Source: Eledone cirrhosa | Lineage: Eukaryota | Reading direction: 5' to 3' | Assembly: GCA_964016885.1 (NCBI GenBank) | Contig: OZ024749.1 | Location: forward strand, 45,880,001 to 45,944,000 | Length of the DNA: 64,000 bases | Part shown: piece after piece, positions 32,308-46,547 of the stretch | Position numbering within the stretch: position 1 is the stretch's first letter | Layout of the letters: every line of letters starts with the position of its first letter | Notes under the pieces: generated by a model | Databases searched by the model: none | Seen by the model: only the letters and a program-made list of their open reading frames with translations | What the model was told of the DNA's origin: nothing | Translations under genes and position numbers: made by a program

Positions 32308-32338
<31 letters not shown>

Positions 32339-32414
32339 AATATATATATATATTATATTATATATATATGCATATATATATTATATATAATATATATATA
32401 CATATATATATAAT

Positions 32415-32459
<45 letters not shown>

Positions 32460-32479
32460 ATATATATATATATATACAT

Positions 32480-32590
<111 letters not shown>

Positions 32591-33003
32591 TTGCTTGTCG
32601 TTGTTCCAACTTCTGCTGCTTCTAAATTTCGGTGGGTATCGATGCTATATGCATGGCTGACAATGTTACTGCTGCAGCTGATGATGAGGATGTTGATGAC
32701 GATGGTGGTGATAACGATGAAGACGATGATGATAAAAATGATGATGATTATAATTACAGCAGTGCATACTAAATACTGATATCAGTTTTGGTTGCTAAGC
32801 CGTAGGTCAATCGCATTAGCTATTCATGTTGATCTGACTTTTGTCAGTTTTATACATATTTACATTTCAATAGTAATATTAAAATTCTTGCTTCACTCCT
32901 AGATAACATGGATGAATGTTTCATCTGGGGAAATATTGTAGCATGTAATCCTAGATAATCCATGAGTATAGTGTATTAGTTCATTCCGTTATCTCTACAT
33001 AGA

Positions 33004-33074
<71 letters not shown>

Positions 33075-33075
<1 letters not shown>

Positions 33076-33700
33076 TAGCTAAAGTACCCCTCCTTTGGAC
33101 GGTTCAAGTAGCTTTCGATGTAGCTCATTAAACTAAATAAAGTAAATTTGAATACATAGAAGAAAAACGTACATTATGTAAACATGAAAACCTTAGGCAC
33201 TATTCCAGCGAAATAATTAATATGTGAGCTCAGTGTCATCCGTTATCCAATGTAACAACAGAAATCCAGTCTAGGTATGCATTTTTTTGACAAAAGCAAA
33301 ACCTTTTTTTCAAGTACAAAGAGTAAAGTAAAATCCGAATGAGCCGAATTGTAATAAATAAAATCGCCAAACAAAATGTTTGACAACATAAAAAATGAGT
33401 TCCTATTGTATTGACGAAAGATTACTCCTGTCTTACTTAATCACGAAATATTGACGAAAGATAACTCTTGTATTACTTAATCACGAAAATTGACAGAAAT
33501 AACCGAAATTTGTTAATGTCTCCAAAGGCCCCAATATCGATTTTTGAAACCCTTTGTAGATCATGTACAGGTCTTGTGCAAGCAGGAGCTCTGTAAAAAA
33601 TGTCAAAGAAATCGCATGAATGGTTTAGAATATATGAGCCTTCATTAACAAGTGTCCACGCAAAGATACACACACAACTAGATTTTTATATATATACAGA
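33075..33700 (-). mobile_element. Non-autonomous Helitron
   Basis: The minus strand starts TC (TCTGTATATATATAAAAATC) and ends CTAG. An imperfect GC hairpin (cccctcctttggacgg, 33087-33102) lies close to the end. It is inserted between A and T with no TSD and has an internal 40-bp tandem duplication (33409-33488). Confidence 0.75.
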
Positions 33701-33749
33701 TTATTCAAAATATTAATAAATGAAGACATTCACATAATCAAAATATAAC

Positions 33750-33812
33750 TTTTATTATATATATTTCGACAGTATTGTGCTGTTTTTTCAGTAGTCCTCG
33801 TCAGATAAAATA
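33750..33812 (-). ncRNA. Type I hammerhead ribozyme, family A
   Basis: The minus strand reads tattttat-CTGACGA-ggactactgaaaaaacagcacaatactgtc-GAAA-tatata-ta-ataaaa. Stem I is 6 bp, stem III is ATATATAT, stem II is imperfect (gac/gtc, ctg/cag). Confidence 0.7.
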
Positions 33813-34026
33813 CATGAATTGATGTATGACATACCTCAACGGTCTTGATGGTACAATTCCAGAATTGGCAGAGATTTATTACAACAAATCTCAATATTTA
33901 TATTCCACAAATAAGGACATGATAATAATAACATGATAAACTTAAATTTAATGAAGAAGATGTGGAGCGAGATATAGGTATAAGGAGGTGGTGAGTATGA
34001 GGAAATGAACCATATTAATCTTTGGT

Positions 34027-34067
<41 letters not shown>

Positions 34068-34230
34068 CATAAAGAAATTGAAAATGTGACTAAGTGTATT
34101 TTAAGAATATTTATTATTTATTTACTTTACTGGTTACAGTTCTTATGAATTTCAAAAGTAAAATTGAGATCGAGGGTTTGTGTTTCTCTCTTGTGTGTCT
34201 CACCGGTCAATCACCGAATCAATCAGGAAG

Positions 34231-34284
<54 letters not shown>

Positions 34285-35251
34285 GTGTCTGTGTCCGTGT
34301 ATGTATGTTTATATATATATCCTATGTAGGATTGTATTTTTTATGAGAAACCAACAAGATGAGAATCGTAAAATCTACCAAGCATCAGTATGAGTTCCAG
34401 TGAATATCGCAGTAGATATTTGTAACAATTTTGACGTTATAATCAACATAATTTTTAAAAAAATATAACATTGCTATAACAGGGCCCTAGCTTGTATAGT
34501 GCTGCTAAATGTCACACTTCTAAACTATTCCAGAATTTGCTTATCTATACAGCAAATACTCCATTTGCATCAGTGTTGACGATTGTCTCCCCAATTCTGT
34601 TAGATCCCCCGTGAGCCCCAAATTGACCCCATTGGCTGTATCCAAAGAATTGCATGCTTTATGGATGAACTCTTGTTTCATGATTTTAAAGCTCGCAGAA
34701 CTGATACATGCTAAGCCTAATTTCCACTAACATTTCTTGTTTTACTCTTGGGGTGTTTATTTTTATGTTGTCTAACATATGTCAGAGAATATTACAATAA
34801 AGCGTAACATGTAACAAAACACACAATACGAACCATCATAATTGTTCAAACACTATTGATCAGAATACATTATTGAAATTCTCTAGGACATAATATTTCC
34901 TGGCAGTTTGTCAGACGTTATTAACTTCTAGTTTTCTATTAGTTTAAAAAGTCCTCGTAATCTGACGCACATACATACACTATTTAATATACGCTCTAGC
35001 AGACACACACGCATACACACATACGCACACGCGCGCACACACCCATACACAGACACACATACACACACACACACACACACACCGCCATTGAGACAAATCC
35101 AAACATATTTTTAATAATAATATCGTAGTATAGTCATTGAACACCATGTTTTAGCCACACACATATACAATGTTAAACTCATCCACACACTGATACAAAC
35201 AGACGCAAGCACATACAAATATACATGTATCTTCATAACTATTAGTATGTT

Positions 35252-35288
<37 letters not shown>

Positions 35289-35339
35289 CATGTGTGTGTG
35301 TGAGTTTATATATATATATATGTATATATATGTTTAGAA

Positions 35340-35372
<33 letters not shown>

Positions 35373-35376
<4 letters not shown>

Positions 35377-35506
35377 AACAAGTCGAAACGGCTTGAGCTC
35401 AGCCGTCGGGGTCTTACTTGTTCCTATTACCCACTCTACTACCCTAAGTATTGAGTACTTTGGTGCGTTATGGTCCACCTGGTTCCTTACCACATTTCCT
35501 TCGTTA
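35373..35506 (+). mobile_element. TA-embedded short element, family X
   Basis: gtcgaaacggcttgagctcagccgtcggggtc...accctaagtattgagtactttggtgcgttatggtccacctggttccttaccacatttccttcgtta, with (TA)n on both sides. The 5' taggaacaagt is the reverse complement of internal acttgttccta. Confidence 0.8.
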
Positions 35507-35662
35507 TATATATATATATAGTGACGAAACATAAGTCAATTGCAGGAACTCATAATCCTTTATTTACTGCTATATATATTTCGATGATAACCATTGAATG
35601 GCTATGACCTCATAAGGCAGTTAGTCAGTTCTTAGATATGCCATCTGTGTTTATGGTGTTGA

Positions 35663-35704
<42 letters not shown>

Positions 35705-36641
35705 GAGAGTATATATGTATACGTAAAACCATTTTTTGTTTAAAGAAAAGGCATGTATGTGGTCAGCTATGCTGTGGTGTCCTCATATATCACCTTTTGC
35801 CATTACTTAAACAACCACACACTAAACATTAGCAGTTTAATCGCAAGTCGTTTAAATCCGAAGGTCATCACCAGAAGCAAATACAATATTTTTACCGCGT
35901 GATCTAGTTTTAATTTTGCTGTAATATTGACTAATCACCAACTAATATATCTTAAGCTATAGTCACAAGTTTAGTAAAATATCATAGCCCTCTCTACACA
36001 GTTAATGACCTCTTTGGTCAAATGACCTATCCATTCTGTTATTTCACCCCCATTTGATTGTGTTAGTGTTACCTTTAATAAAAAAAACCCCACAAATTCA
36101 CTGATTTGATTAATATGTCGAACAGTAATGTAAATCAAGTGTGCTAACATCTTCCGTGTTGTTTTCAAATCAGTTCAAAAGTACCGCTTGCCATTCCTTA
36201 ATTAAGAGATCTGAAATGCAAACTCAGCTGAATATCATTTCAATAAACGGATAAATAAATAAAGAAAACCAAACAAAAGACGAATGAATAAAAATGCGGC
36301 ACATGAACTTTTTCCTTCTTTCATTAAAGACGTGTAAGTTGTAACAAACAAGCAAGCCAACAAACAAACAGACAAATATATTCGAACAAACATATGTGCA
36401 TATATAAACTTGGTTCTGAGCCTGTATGTGTGAGTGTATATATAAAACACGGAGATAAAAACACACATAAATATATTTTCTACCAGGCACGAGGAAAAAT
36501 AAATTGCAATGAAATATATACTTAACTGGCCTTATGTCTATGGAAACATTGCAATGGTATCACGCATTCACATAGCTATATATATATTCTATACTTTTTT
36601 GTCAAATTCTCTCGCTCGGTCACTTTGTATACACACACATC

Positions 36642-36751
<110 letters not shown>

Positions 36752-36771
36752 GCAATTTTTTATATAATATA

Positions 36772-36807
<36 letters not shown>

Positions 36808-37156
36808 TTATGTGTCAGTATGTGTGTGTCTGTGTGTATGTATGCTTATGACAAAACCAATTTGATACTATTTCGGTAAAAAGGCCGCCTAGTAACATTG
36901 TTATGGTTGCTTATATTTATCAGCTTGTCTGTTTGATGTTGTGACATTGGTTTCAAACACTACCCATTATTGCTTCCTCCCAACGCGTTAATGCATACAC
37001 TAGTTTCCATTTTATATATTTGCTCTCCAACACTTTTCTGCAAGTATTTTATAACATTAGCTTGATCTTTACCTATTTTTTGTATGAGATGTATATATAC
37101 ACACAAAGACGCACACGCACACTCATATATATATACAAACCGCGGCATGGAGAGAG

Positions 37157-37207
<51 letters not shown>

Positions 37208-37483
37208 TATATATATACATGTGGTATAGGTACATTATAAATATATATATATATATTTTGGGTGGCACAAACACGGGATGTTTTCGTATGTTTCTTTACT
37301 TTGCACTTCACTCACTTGTCTTACCCTTAGTTTTAATAATATTCACAGTCTTATCGGTTTTCTTACTATTTGTGTTTGAGTAATCTTTTCCGGTTCCTTC
37401 TATTCTGAGTTCAAATACCAACGATATGAGCTTCGCAGCGACTAACGCTCTAGCCTATAAATTAAATTACCATACTCGTGTCG

Positions 37484-37789
37484 ATATATTTAATATTCCC
37501 TATCTCACATTTTCTGGATTTATGGTTTAATTATCAATTTTATTTCATTATTATTTAGGCTGAACGAAACAATTATAGTAGAAACAATTATTATTTAGGC
37601 TGAACGAAAGAATTCTCTAAATCATTAGGTAGTAACACAATATATATATATGTGTGTATATATATATATATATTTTGCTACTACCTAATGATTTAGATAA
37701 TTATTTCGTTCAGCCTAAATAATAATGAAATAAAATTGATAATTTAAGCACAAACCCATAAAATGTGTGGTAGGGAAAATTAAATATAT
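37484..37789. repeat. Diverged inverted duplication centred on a (TA)n tract
   Basis: Left arm 37484-37640 and right arm 37672-37789 match, e.g. ctaaatcattaggtagta/tactacctaatgatttag and attattatttaggctgaacgaaa/tttcgttcagcctaaataataat. Confidence 0.85.
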
Positions 37790-37863
37790 ATATATATATA
37801 TATATTGACTACCATGACTGGATCTTAACCATCTACTATGTCAGGGTATGTCATGCATCATCT

Positions 37864-37972
37864 TATTTTATCTGATTAGGACATACTTTTCAAGTTAGCT
37901 CTGAAATATTTATAATAAGTTAGCTCTGAAATATGTATAATAAAATAGCTCTGAAATATGTATAATAAAATA
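37864..37972 (+). ncRNA. Degenerate hammerhead, family A (CTGATTA) with triplicated 3' half
   Basis: tattttat-CTGATTA-ggacatacttttcaagttagctct-GAAA-tatttataataa. The unit tagctctgaaatat(g/t)tataataa occurs three times in tandem. Confidence 0.55.
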
Positions 37973-38014
37973 TACTTGATAACAATGAAGTTCTATTTTT
38001 GTTAATATTTTGAA

Positions 38015-38071
<57 letters not shown>

Positions 38072-38194
38072 CAAGTGAGGGTGAGATAGGGAGAATGAGA
38101 CAGAGACAGAGAGATATACCGTGCATTTATACATGTGAAACCCCAGAGCAAAAAGACTTAGCACTTATCTATGATAAACAAATATCATATATGG

Positions 38195-38236
<42 letters not shown>

Positions 38237-38783
38237 GTGTGTGTGCCAGTAGAAACAAGCTGGAAGGCCAGACTTTTTGGCGACTAATCCGTTCCCACAA
38301 ATCCCAGGCTGGGGAGGGTAATATTTTTTAACATTCTATGCAATAAAAAATAAAATTTATGAAAAATCACCGATTAAATCTATAGAGCCACCGCTTTCCA
38401 AAATTGTGAACATTTGCATAGAAATTTTTGTTTACATATCTATAAAACTTGTAAGAGTCCGCTTACTTAAAATTTGCGCTGAAATATCCTCTTATCAACC
38501 TTCATTTCCGTTTATTTACTTGGTCTTACCTCGAATAATGTGGCTAACTCTAATCTGTCCATATTGAAAAATAATACGCGTCAACTCAAGCAGGGCATAT
38601 GCAAATTACAAAACGAAGATTGGAACTAATGTTAACGGTCAACAGTAATTACTACCACAAATGGACTTTTGTGTCTCAAAATATGACTTTAGACTCTAGC
38701 AGGTGTTGCTATTCAGTCACATGATGACATTACCTAGGAAAATACTAGCCGGAATATAACAATATTATATATGTATATATATG

Positions 38784-38843
<60 letters not shown>

Positions 38844-38907
38844 TATGTATTTGCATATATTTATATATATATGTATGTAGGTTTATGTATTTGAATATTT
38901 ATATATA

Positions 38908-39001
<94 letters not shown>

Positions 39002-39433
39002 AATTAAACCCATGTGATGACTTAAACAGTCAAGGCAATCTGACTCATACTGACCATTTAAAAGTTTGTTTGGAAAGTTGATTGAAAAATCTGTTGGTTT
39101 AAGCGATCGTCGCTCCTTAATCTTAATATCTGCTCCCCACCCTGGGAAACGTAGGACCAATTTCGCTTTATGTCCTCCCTTCCCCTCCCTTCGTTTCTAT
39201 CGGCTTATATACATACACCTCTGTCCGTTACAGCTTACTATATTTTTACATCTCAAATATACGACACAAGCTCTTCTATTTCCATTATATGTTCTACTAT
39301 TTGCTTACACATCGACATTTAAAATTCTCCTCATGTATTTTACTTTGTGACCAGGTGTTAGTAAATTTATTGTTATATTTTAGTTCGTAGCATAACAGTT
39401 AGTGTTATATACACACACACTCATATATATATG

Positions 39434-39516
<83 letters not shown>

Positions 39517-39531
39517 GTATATATATATATG

Positions 39532-39572
<41 letters not shown>

Positions 39573-39594
39573 CAAATATATATGTATACATATA

Positions 39595-39652
<58 letters not shown>

Positions 39653-39654
39653 CA

Positions 39655-39698
<44 letters not shown>

Positions 39699-39974
39699 CA
39701 TATATGTATATATATATATATTATATATGTGTGTATATATATATATATATATACTCATATATATACATATATATATATGTATATATCTATCTATTTATGT
39801 AGGTATATATATATATATATGTATAGATATATACACATATATATATATACATATATATGTGTATCTATATTTCTATTTATGTATGTAGGTATGTATATAT
39901 ACATATACATATTTATATATCTGTGAATATATAACAACTATTTCTAAAATTGGTACAAGGCCAGTAAATTGGGG

Positions 39975-41230
39975 AAAGGTGGTAATGTTGGTAATGGTAG
40001 TAACTTTGTGTTGTTGGTGGTAGTGGTGTTGATGGTGTTTGTGTTGGCGTTTGTGTTTGTTGTGCGGCTACGGTTGTTGTTGGTATGGGTTGTAGTGATG
40101 AAGGCGATGCTAGATACGGGGAACTGGAGATGATGGTGGTGTTTTCGATGATGTGTTGTTTAGATTAGTGTTCTTCGTCGTAATAGTAATGGCGGCAGTG
40201 TTGTTTCGGGTGCGAATTTGTTGGGTAGTGATGGTTGGGAATGAGTCGTCGCTAGTATTGTTAATGATGGACGGTTTGGTGTTGGTAGCGACAATGGTTA
40301 ATGTTGTTTTTTCTGAGAAGATGGAGCTGGTGCTGTTCTTAATTGTATTACCGGTGTTGATTTTGATAGTGAAGGTGCTGATGATGTTGGAAGTGTTGGT
40401 GATGGTGGTTGTTGTTGACTGGTATTAATATTAGTGGTGGTGGTACTCGGTGGTGGTCGTAGTTGTGGTTGTGGTAGTAATGATGTTGATGGAGGTGAGA
40501 TTGGAGGTCGAGTGCTTCTATCGGTGTGATGGGCTTGGTGCAAGTGTCATAACTAGTTATCTTAGAGGAGATCGTAGTGAGCTTCTAGGTAAAGGCCACG
40601 TTGAGAAGAATGTCGAATGTGATAACGGTGATGCTGGTGGTAAGTTAATAGAAATGGTCATGCTGATTGGGTAGTGATAGATGCGGTCATGGTGGTAGTG
40701 ACGAGGTTAGTCGTAGTGGTGGTGACGGTTGTGATGATACTATTTGTGTTGGTGTTAGTGTTAAAGTGGTTAACAAGGGAGGTAGTTGTTTTGTTTTATT
40801 GGGGTCGAAGGTGTTTTAGTGGTTGGGGTATTGGTGACAAACAGATAAACTGCCTCAGTGGATGGGTGTAGCAGGGATAATGGTTGGTCTAGTGATATTG
40901 GTGGTGGTGACGATGTTTATTGTAGCGGGGTTGTTCTTGATTGGCGTGTTGAAGTTACTTCTGCTGATGCATATGGTTGTGGTGGTGCTGCTGGTCGTGA
41001 CGGTGCTTCTTGGTGGTGGTGGTGGTGGTTAGTAGTGGTGGTGTTGATTGTGGTTTTGGTAATGGTGTTTGTCCTAATAGTGCTGGTGGTAATGCTGGTG
41101 TTTCTGGTGTTGCTGGTGCTGATGTTGCTATTGATGATTGTGGCCATGGAAGTAGTGGTGGTGGCCATCATCGTCGTCGTAATGTTGATGGAGTTGTTGC
41201 TGGTGTTGGTGGTGAGGACGATGTTGTATA
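39975..41230 (+). repeat. Degenerate GGT/GTT/GAT low-complexity tract (a similar tract lies at about 17330-18275)
   Basis: Strong G+T strand skew with decayed 3-nt periodicity, which produces the spurious Val/Gly or Thr-rich ORFs. Confidence 0.8.
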
Positions 41231-41857
41231 TGCGTGTTTCTTATGTCAACATGTTTAACGAACCCTATATATATGTCCACCATGATAACAAAGCGAAACA
41301 ATGAAGTCCCATTTCAGCGTTCCGTTTTACTGGATTTCTTCTGCCAACTCCACAAACATATGATTTGGCCAGAATGCTAGTATATAAAGTTGGGTGGGGT
41401 CTGGTATGATATATCATAATGTGTGTGAAATATGGTGTGTAACGCAAACGTTTGTGCTGACGTGGCTTTAGGCGTACGTATATGCATGAGTTTAGATGTC
41501 TGCTTCCTTGCGTATAAGAGTTTATTTCTCTGTGTATGTATATATGTTAAAATGTGTGTGTGTTTGTGTGTGTTTGCGTGTGTCCGTCTGTGATTGTGTG
41601 TGTGTGCCCACGCGAGGAGACACGTATGCTTGTACAGGGGTCGAAAATTGATTCAAAGAATGGAGACTTGAACTAAGGGGCCGTTTGTTGTTTTAATGTG
41701 TGTCTCCATTTTTTTCCCTACCTCACTAGTTCTTTTTCCACCCCTCTTTCACACTTGTCTCTCGATCTTTATATATATATATATATATGTAGGATTTAAT
41801 GTTGATTTAACACTTCACTGCTCGCAAGTGTTTTTTAAGCTTCATATCATGTCTCCT

Positions 41858-41928
41858 TATTTTATCTGATGAGAACGCAAATATCATCCCATGATGATAT
41901 TTGTTTTTGAAATGCGCATAATAGAATA
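41858..41928 (+). ncRNA. Type I hammerhead ribozyme, family A (best-formed copy)
   Basis: Stem I tattttat/atagaata (8 bp, one GU). CTGATGA at 41866-72. Long stem II includes caaatatcatc/gatgatatttg. GAAA at 41909-12, palindromic stem III ATGCGCAT, triplet AUA (predicted cut after 41920). Confidence 0.8.
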
Positions 41929-41958
41929 CATGGAACTCTTTTAACTATCTTTTGATCT

Positions 41959-41991
<33 letters not shown>

Positions 41992-41994
<3 letters not shown>

Positions 41995-42188
41995 CAAAGA
42001 GTCGAGACCCCCGACAGCTGAGCTTTTGAGGTTTCATCTGCTAATTCCAAACTCTAGCTGTTGAAATGGCAAGAGCGCTGGAGTCGAGGTCCCGACTCTT
42101 TATAATATAACCATACTCTACTAGACCAAGTATTGTGTACTCTGTTGAGTAATGGTCTATCCAGTTTCAAACTGAATCCTTCGGGATA
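41992..42188 (+). mobile_element. Diverged family X relative with inverted arm
   Basis: aaagagtcgagacccccgac pairs with gtcgaggtcccgactcttt. It continues into actctactagaccaagtattgtgtactctg...aatggtc, similar to family X. TA on both sides. Confidence 0.6.
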
Positions 42189-42829
42189 TATATATGGACT
42201 GAGTGCTCTACCACTACGGATATTACCTTCCAGTGTTCTAGCACTATATATATATATATGTATATATATGAACGTCTCTCAATAGTAGGTGTATATAAGT
42301 GTGAGTTAAATCGTTTCTATGTGTGCCTGTGCAACACACTACGTATGTGTATGGGTTTGTGTGTGTGTTTGTGATTTTGTGTATGCAGGAATTTATTTAA
42401 AAGTCTGTTTCGAAACTTAATTGAAATATATAATTATATATGTTGCATTGAATAACATTTTGTTTTCTTACGAATATCAACATCTGACTAAAATAAATAG
42501 AAAACTTCTACACCAGTTAATGACCTCGCAAAATATTAAGATATTATATATTTGTTGATATTAGCTTTAAATAATTTATATTGCTTTAAATGAAATTGAA
42601 ATTGAATAGACAACTATTATTGCTTTACCCTACTTTACTATTTCATTACCTCCATAATATCTACCTCACTAAATTTTGTTTCAATAAAACAGACATCTTC
42701 TCACATAGTATAGACTGTTTTTCATTAATAGAATGCTTAAGTAATGTCAGTTTACTTAATATCTAGAACTATCTTTGTATATTAATTACTCTTTATATAA
42801 ACCACATTATATGTAATAGTTTTCTTTAA

Positions 42830-43457
42830 CAGATGGTTTAAGCCAGTAAATTTGAGGAAGGGGGAATGTCGATAAAATATACCTCTCTACATGATTGGTA
42901 CGTTATTTAATAAACCCTTTGCAGGTGAAAATAAAATTAGGCTTCGGAAGGACTTGAACTCAGAAAGTAAAGTGACGGAAGGAAATACTAAGAAACATTT
43001 CGTCCTTCGCTCTAACAAGTCTCTCTGTTCACCTCACTAATGCCGCCAGGAGTAATAATTGTTTCTAATTTTCGCACAATTACTCAGTACATTACTGATA
43101 CTTTATTTTATCGACTCCGTAAGGATGAAAGGCAAAGTTAACCTCGACGAGATTTGAACTCAGATCGTAAAGAGACGCAACTATGCTGGAATGCATGTTG
43201 TCTGATGCTCTACCGATACTGCCAATTCACCGCCGCCAGCAGTAATAATAACAGAAATACTGATAATATTTGTTTCTACTATTGGCACAGGGCCAGCTAA
43301 ATTATTACAGTAGATTACTGGTACTTTAATTTATCGACCCCGTAGGAATGAAAGGCAAAGTTAATCTCGGCGGGATTTGAACTAACGCCATAAACAGGCG
43401 TAACTCTATGCTGCAAAGCATGGTCTCCTACCTTTTACTGATACTGCTAATCCCCCG
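42830..43457 (-). mobile_element. Three tandem SINE copies (old 42830-43035; young 43060-43234 and 43269-43457)
   Basis: Family matches, with TSDs gccag(g/c)agtaataat (43045-59 and 43235-49) and aatactgataata (43256-68 and 43460-72). Confidence 0.85.
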
Positions 43458-43539
43458 ATAATACTGATAATAATAATAATAATTGAAATAACAACATAAT
43501 AATAATTATAATAATATTCATTATAATTCATCGTCCTCT

Positions 43540-43864
43540 CTTCTTCTTCTTCTTCTTCTTCTTCTTCTTCTTCTTCTTCTTCTTCTTCTTCTTCTTCTTC
43601 TTCTTCTTCTTCTTCTTCTTCTTCTTCTTCTTCTTCGTATTATCATTATTATTATTATAAGCGATAATAAAACTAAAACTAAAAAAAACAAAACAACTAG
43701 ATGAATTAATGAAAACAAGTGACAATACGGAGCTGTGTTTACTCTGCCAGGGTCGCGGCATATAACATAATATTTACTTTCCTCGGTAGTGTCCGGTTGG
43801 GTAGTTGGGAAGTGTGTGAAGGGGCTGTTGATCGCGTGTACATGTTTGTATAGAAGAAAATAGG

Positions 43865-43918
<54 letters not shown>

Positions 43919-44022
43919 TAGTAGTAGTAGCATTTGTAGCAGTAGTAGTAGCAGTAGTAGTAGTTGTAGTAGTAATAGTAGTAGTAGTAGTGGTGGTGGT
44001 GGTGGTGGTGGTGGTAGCACGT

Positions 44023-44062
<40 letters not shown>

Positions 44063-44065
44063 CGG

Positions 44066-44124
<59 letters not shown>

Positions 44125-44188
44125 TCATCATCATCATCATCATCATCATCAGCAGCACAGCAGCAGCAGCAGCAGTAGTAGCAGCAGC

Positions 44189-44226
<38 letters not shown>
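43540..44226. repeat. Compound trinucleotide arrays: (CTT)n 43540-43636 and (TAG/GGT/CAT/CAG)n 43866-44226
   Basis: Directly visible. Confidence 0.95.
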
Positions 44227-44227
<1 letters not shown>

Positions 44228-44749
44228 CTCTTGATGATTACGTTAGGTTAAGGCGTTCTACCCTGCCCAGTCGTAACAAGCTCATGTTATATCTGGTGAG
44301 ATGATGTGTTTTCGTAAAATAAGTATATGTTGTAAAATAAGATGTTGTCTAATTGATTTCCAGTGCTATCTTATAATATATCGTGAGTTATGTAGTGTTT
44401 TGTGAAATGGGTATATTCTGATGTGCTCTATCATGATTTATTGTATTGTAGTTCAGTAGACTTGTTTGGTGTCGGGGTTCTGTGACCTGGATATAATCTT
44501 ACAAGCTCTTGATTGCGTTATAGCGTTGTAGTTTAGTTGTAAATTATTTTTAGCCTACTGCCTTCTAGCGACGAGTGTTATATATACTTCGGCGTGGTTT
44601 CTTTTATTATGGTAGCTTTGGAAGTGTTTATGTGGTTTGGCTGATGGATCTTCAAAAAAGCACCTTCTTGGTTCCGCTAAAATCGGTAAGATCCTCGATC
44701 AAACGAAATAAAGAGAGTGATAAAGAAAGAGAAAGTGAATGAATTTTTA

Positions 44750-44960
44750 TAGAATGATTCATTTCTGGTGCTGCGCAAATTTGACTGCTAGATATAACAG
44801 TTAAATATCATATATACACATCCTACAGATTTACAATAGAAAGGCCGCACGGGACAATGTCCTTATAGTTGTATAACTAGAAGAGTATGATATGGCTGGA
44901 GTCTCTTTGATGATGTGCCTGGTCAATAAGGCCTGACTCTAGGCTAAACTGTAATAACAT
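44750..44960 (+). repeat. Old interspersed repeat (related fragment at about 52880-53105)
   Basis: Shared degenerate blocks tgctagatataacagttaaa versus tgctaaacataacagccaaa, with loosely collinear downstream sequence. Confidence 0.35.
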
Positions 44961-46313
44961 CATTAACAAACAATTCTAATATTAATCTATTTGACACCAC
45001 TATCATATCACCCCTATTTCCCACAAACACTATTATCACCACTCCAAAGTACTATTACTAACACTATTGCCATTACTACCCTGGAAAATGTTTGGTTCCA
45101 TCCTTTGACTTCTATTTGTTTTAAAGAGGCAGTCAACCAAGCAGCCAATTATCCTTAGCCGATCAACCACCGAATGAGTGTTTAGCCGCTGATGTGATAC
45201 GACATTTTTGTTTTATATGTTTTCCTTTTGAAATTGATATTGTTATCATCGTTGTAGTTGTTATTGTTGTTGTAGATGTTGTTGTTTTCAACCTCCCATA
45301 AGATAAAAGAAATAGAGGGATGTGATGAAACACCGAGTGCATGGGTAGCAAAATCCTCATTTGGCAGTATGAGAATAACAAAAGGAAAAGTGAAATAGAT
45401 TAACATGGTAAAAGAACAATGTTGTGCTGAATATACTGGCTGAAAATGATGATGTTGCTGGTAATGGTGCTGATACTGGTCCTTATATCAAGCCACCCAC
45501 ACACTTCCACATATCATAGTGAAATAAAATGAATAAACGAAATTAAGTTAAATTTCTCCGTAAGGGTTGTTAATATTCGGATATTAAACTAAGATAGAAT
45601 ACAATAACCAAAACACAGTCACCCAAACGCGAACACACATCAAACATTATACACACACGCAAACGCATGCGCAGAGAAGAAGACAAAAATAAATAAATAA
45701 ACAGATTAAATAAAGATGGGGTAGACATTCAATACATACAATACAACAGGAGGAAACATAATAGCACCACTGACGATGTTGCAGATGTGCAACGAAAGAA
45801 CTTTGTTAGACTATATATATGTGTTTGTGTCTATATTATATCTGTATTTTTGACCGTTGGTCAGTCAATGGCAAACATTGAAGACCGAATAAATTAACTA
45901 ATATAAAAGATACAGAAGCGAAAACCAACCAAATAGTGAATGTTTTCTAATATTAATTCTGGCAATATTATTATAACAATATGATCCTCCCCATCTATAA
46001 CAATATATATATATATATAGATATATATATATATGAAAAATAGAGAATTTGATGTGAGAAAGACGCCAACAGTAATTCATATATATAAGTGACTATTACG
46101 TTAAGATGGAAAATATTTAACGTAAAATATGGGAAAATAATCAATCCCAATATATATATATATATATAAGTATAAAGAAAAATAAATTGCTCAAGCGCAA
46201 AAATGCGATAAACATAGCTTAAAATAGGGTGATGACTCTTACAAGACTGAAAAAAATTTGCAAACGACCACTATGATGATTGAATACCGTCTGGAAGACA
46301 TGGGGTTCAATTC

Positions 46314-46367
<54 letters not shown>

Positions 46368-46414
46368 ATAATAATAAATTGGATGATTAAAATCCAAATA
46401 GGCCTCGATAAGGA

Positions 46415-46451
<37 letters not shown>

Positions 46452-46489
46452 GAAAATAGAGAAATTAACGTGAGCAAGAAGCCAACATA

Positions 46490-46547
<58 letters not shown>

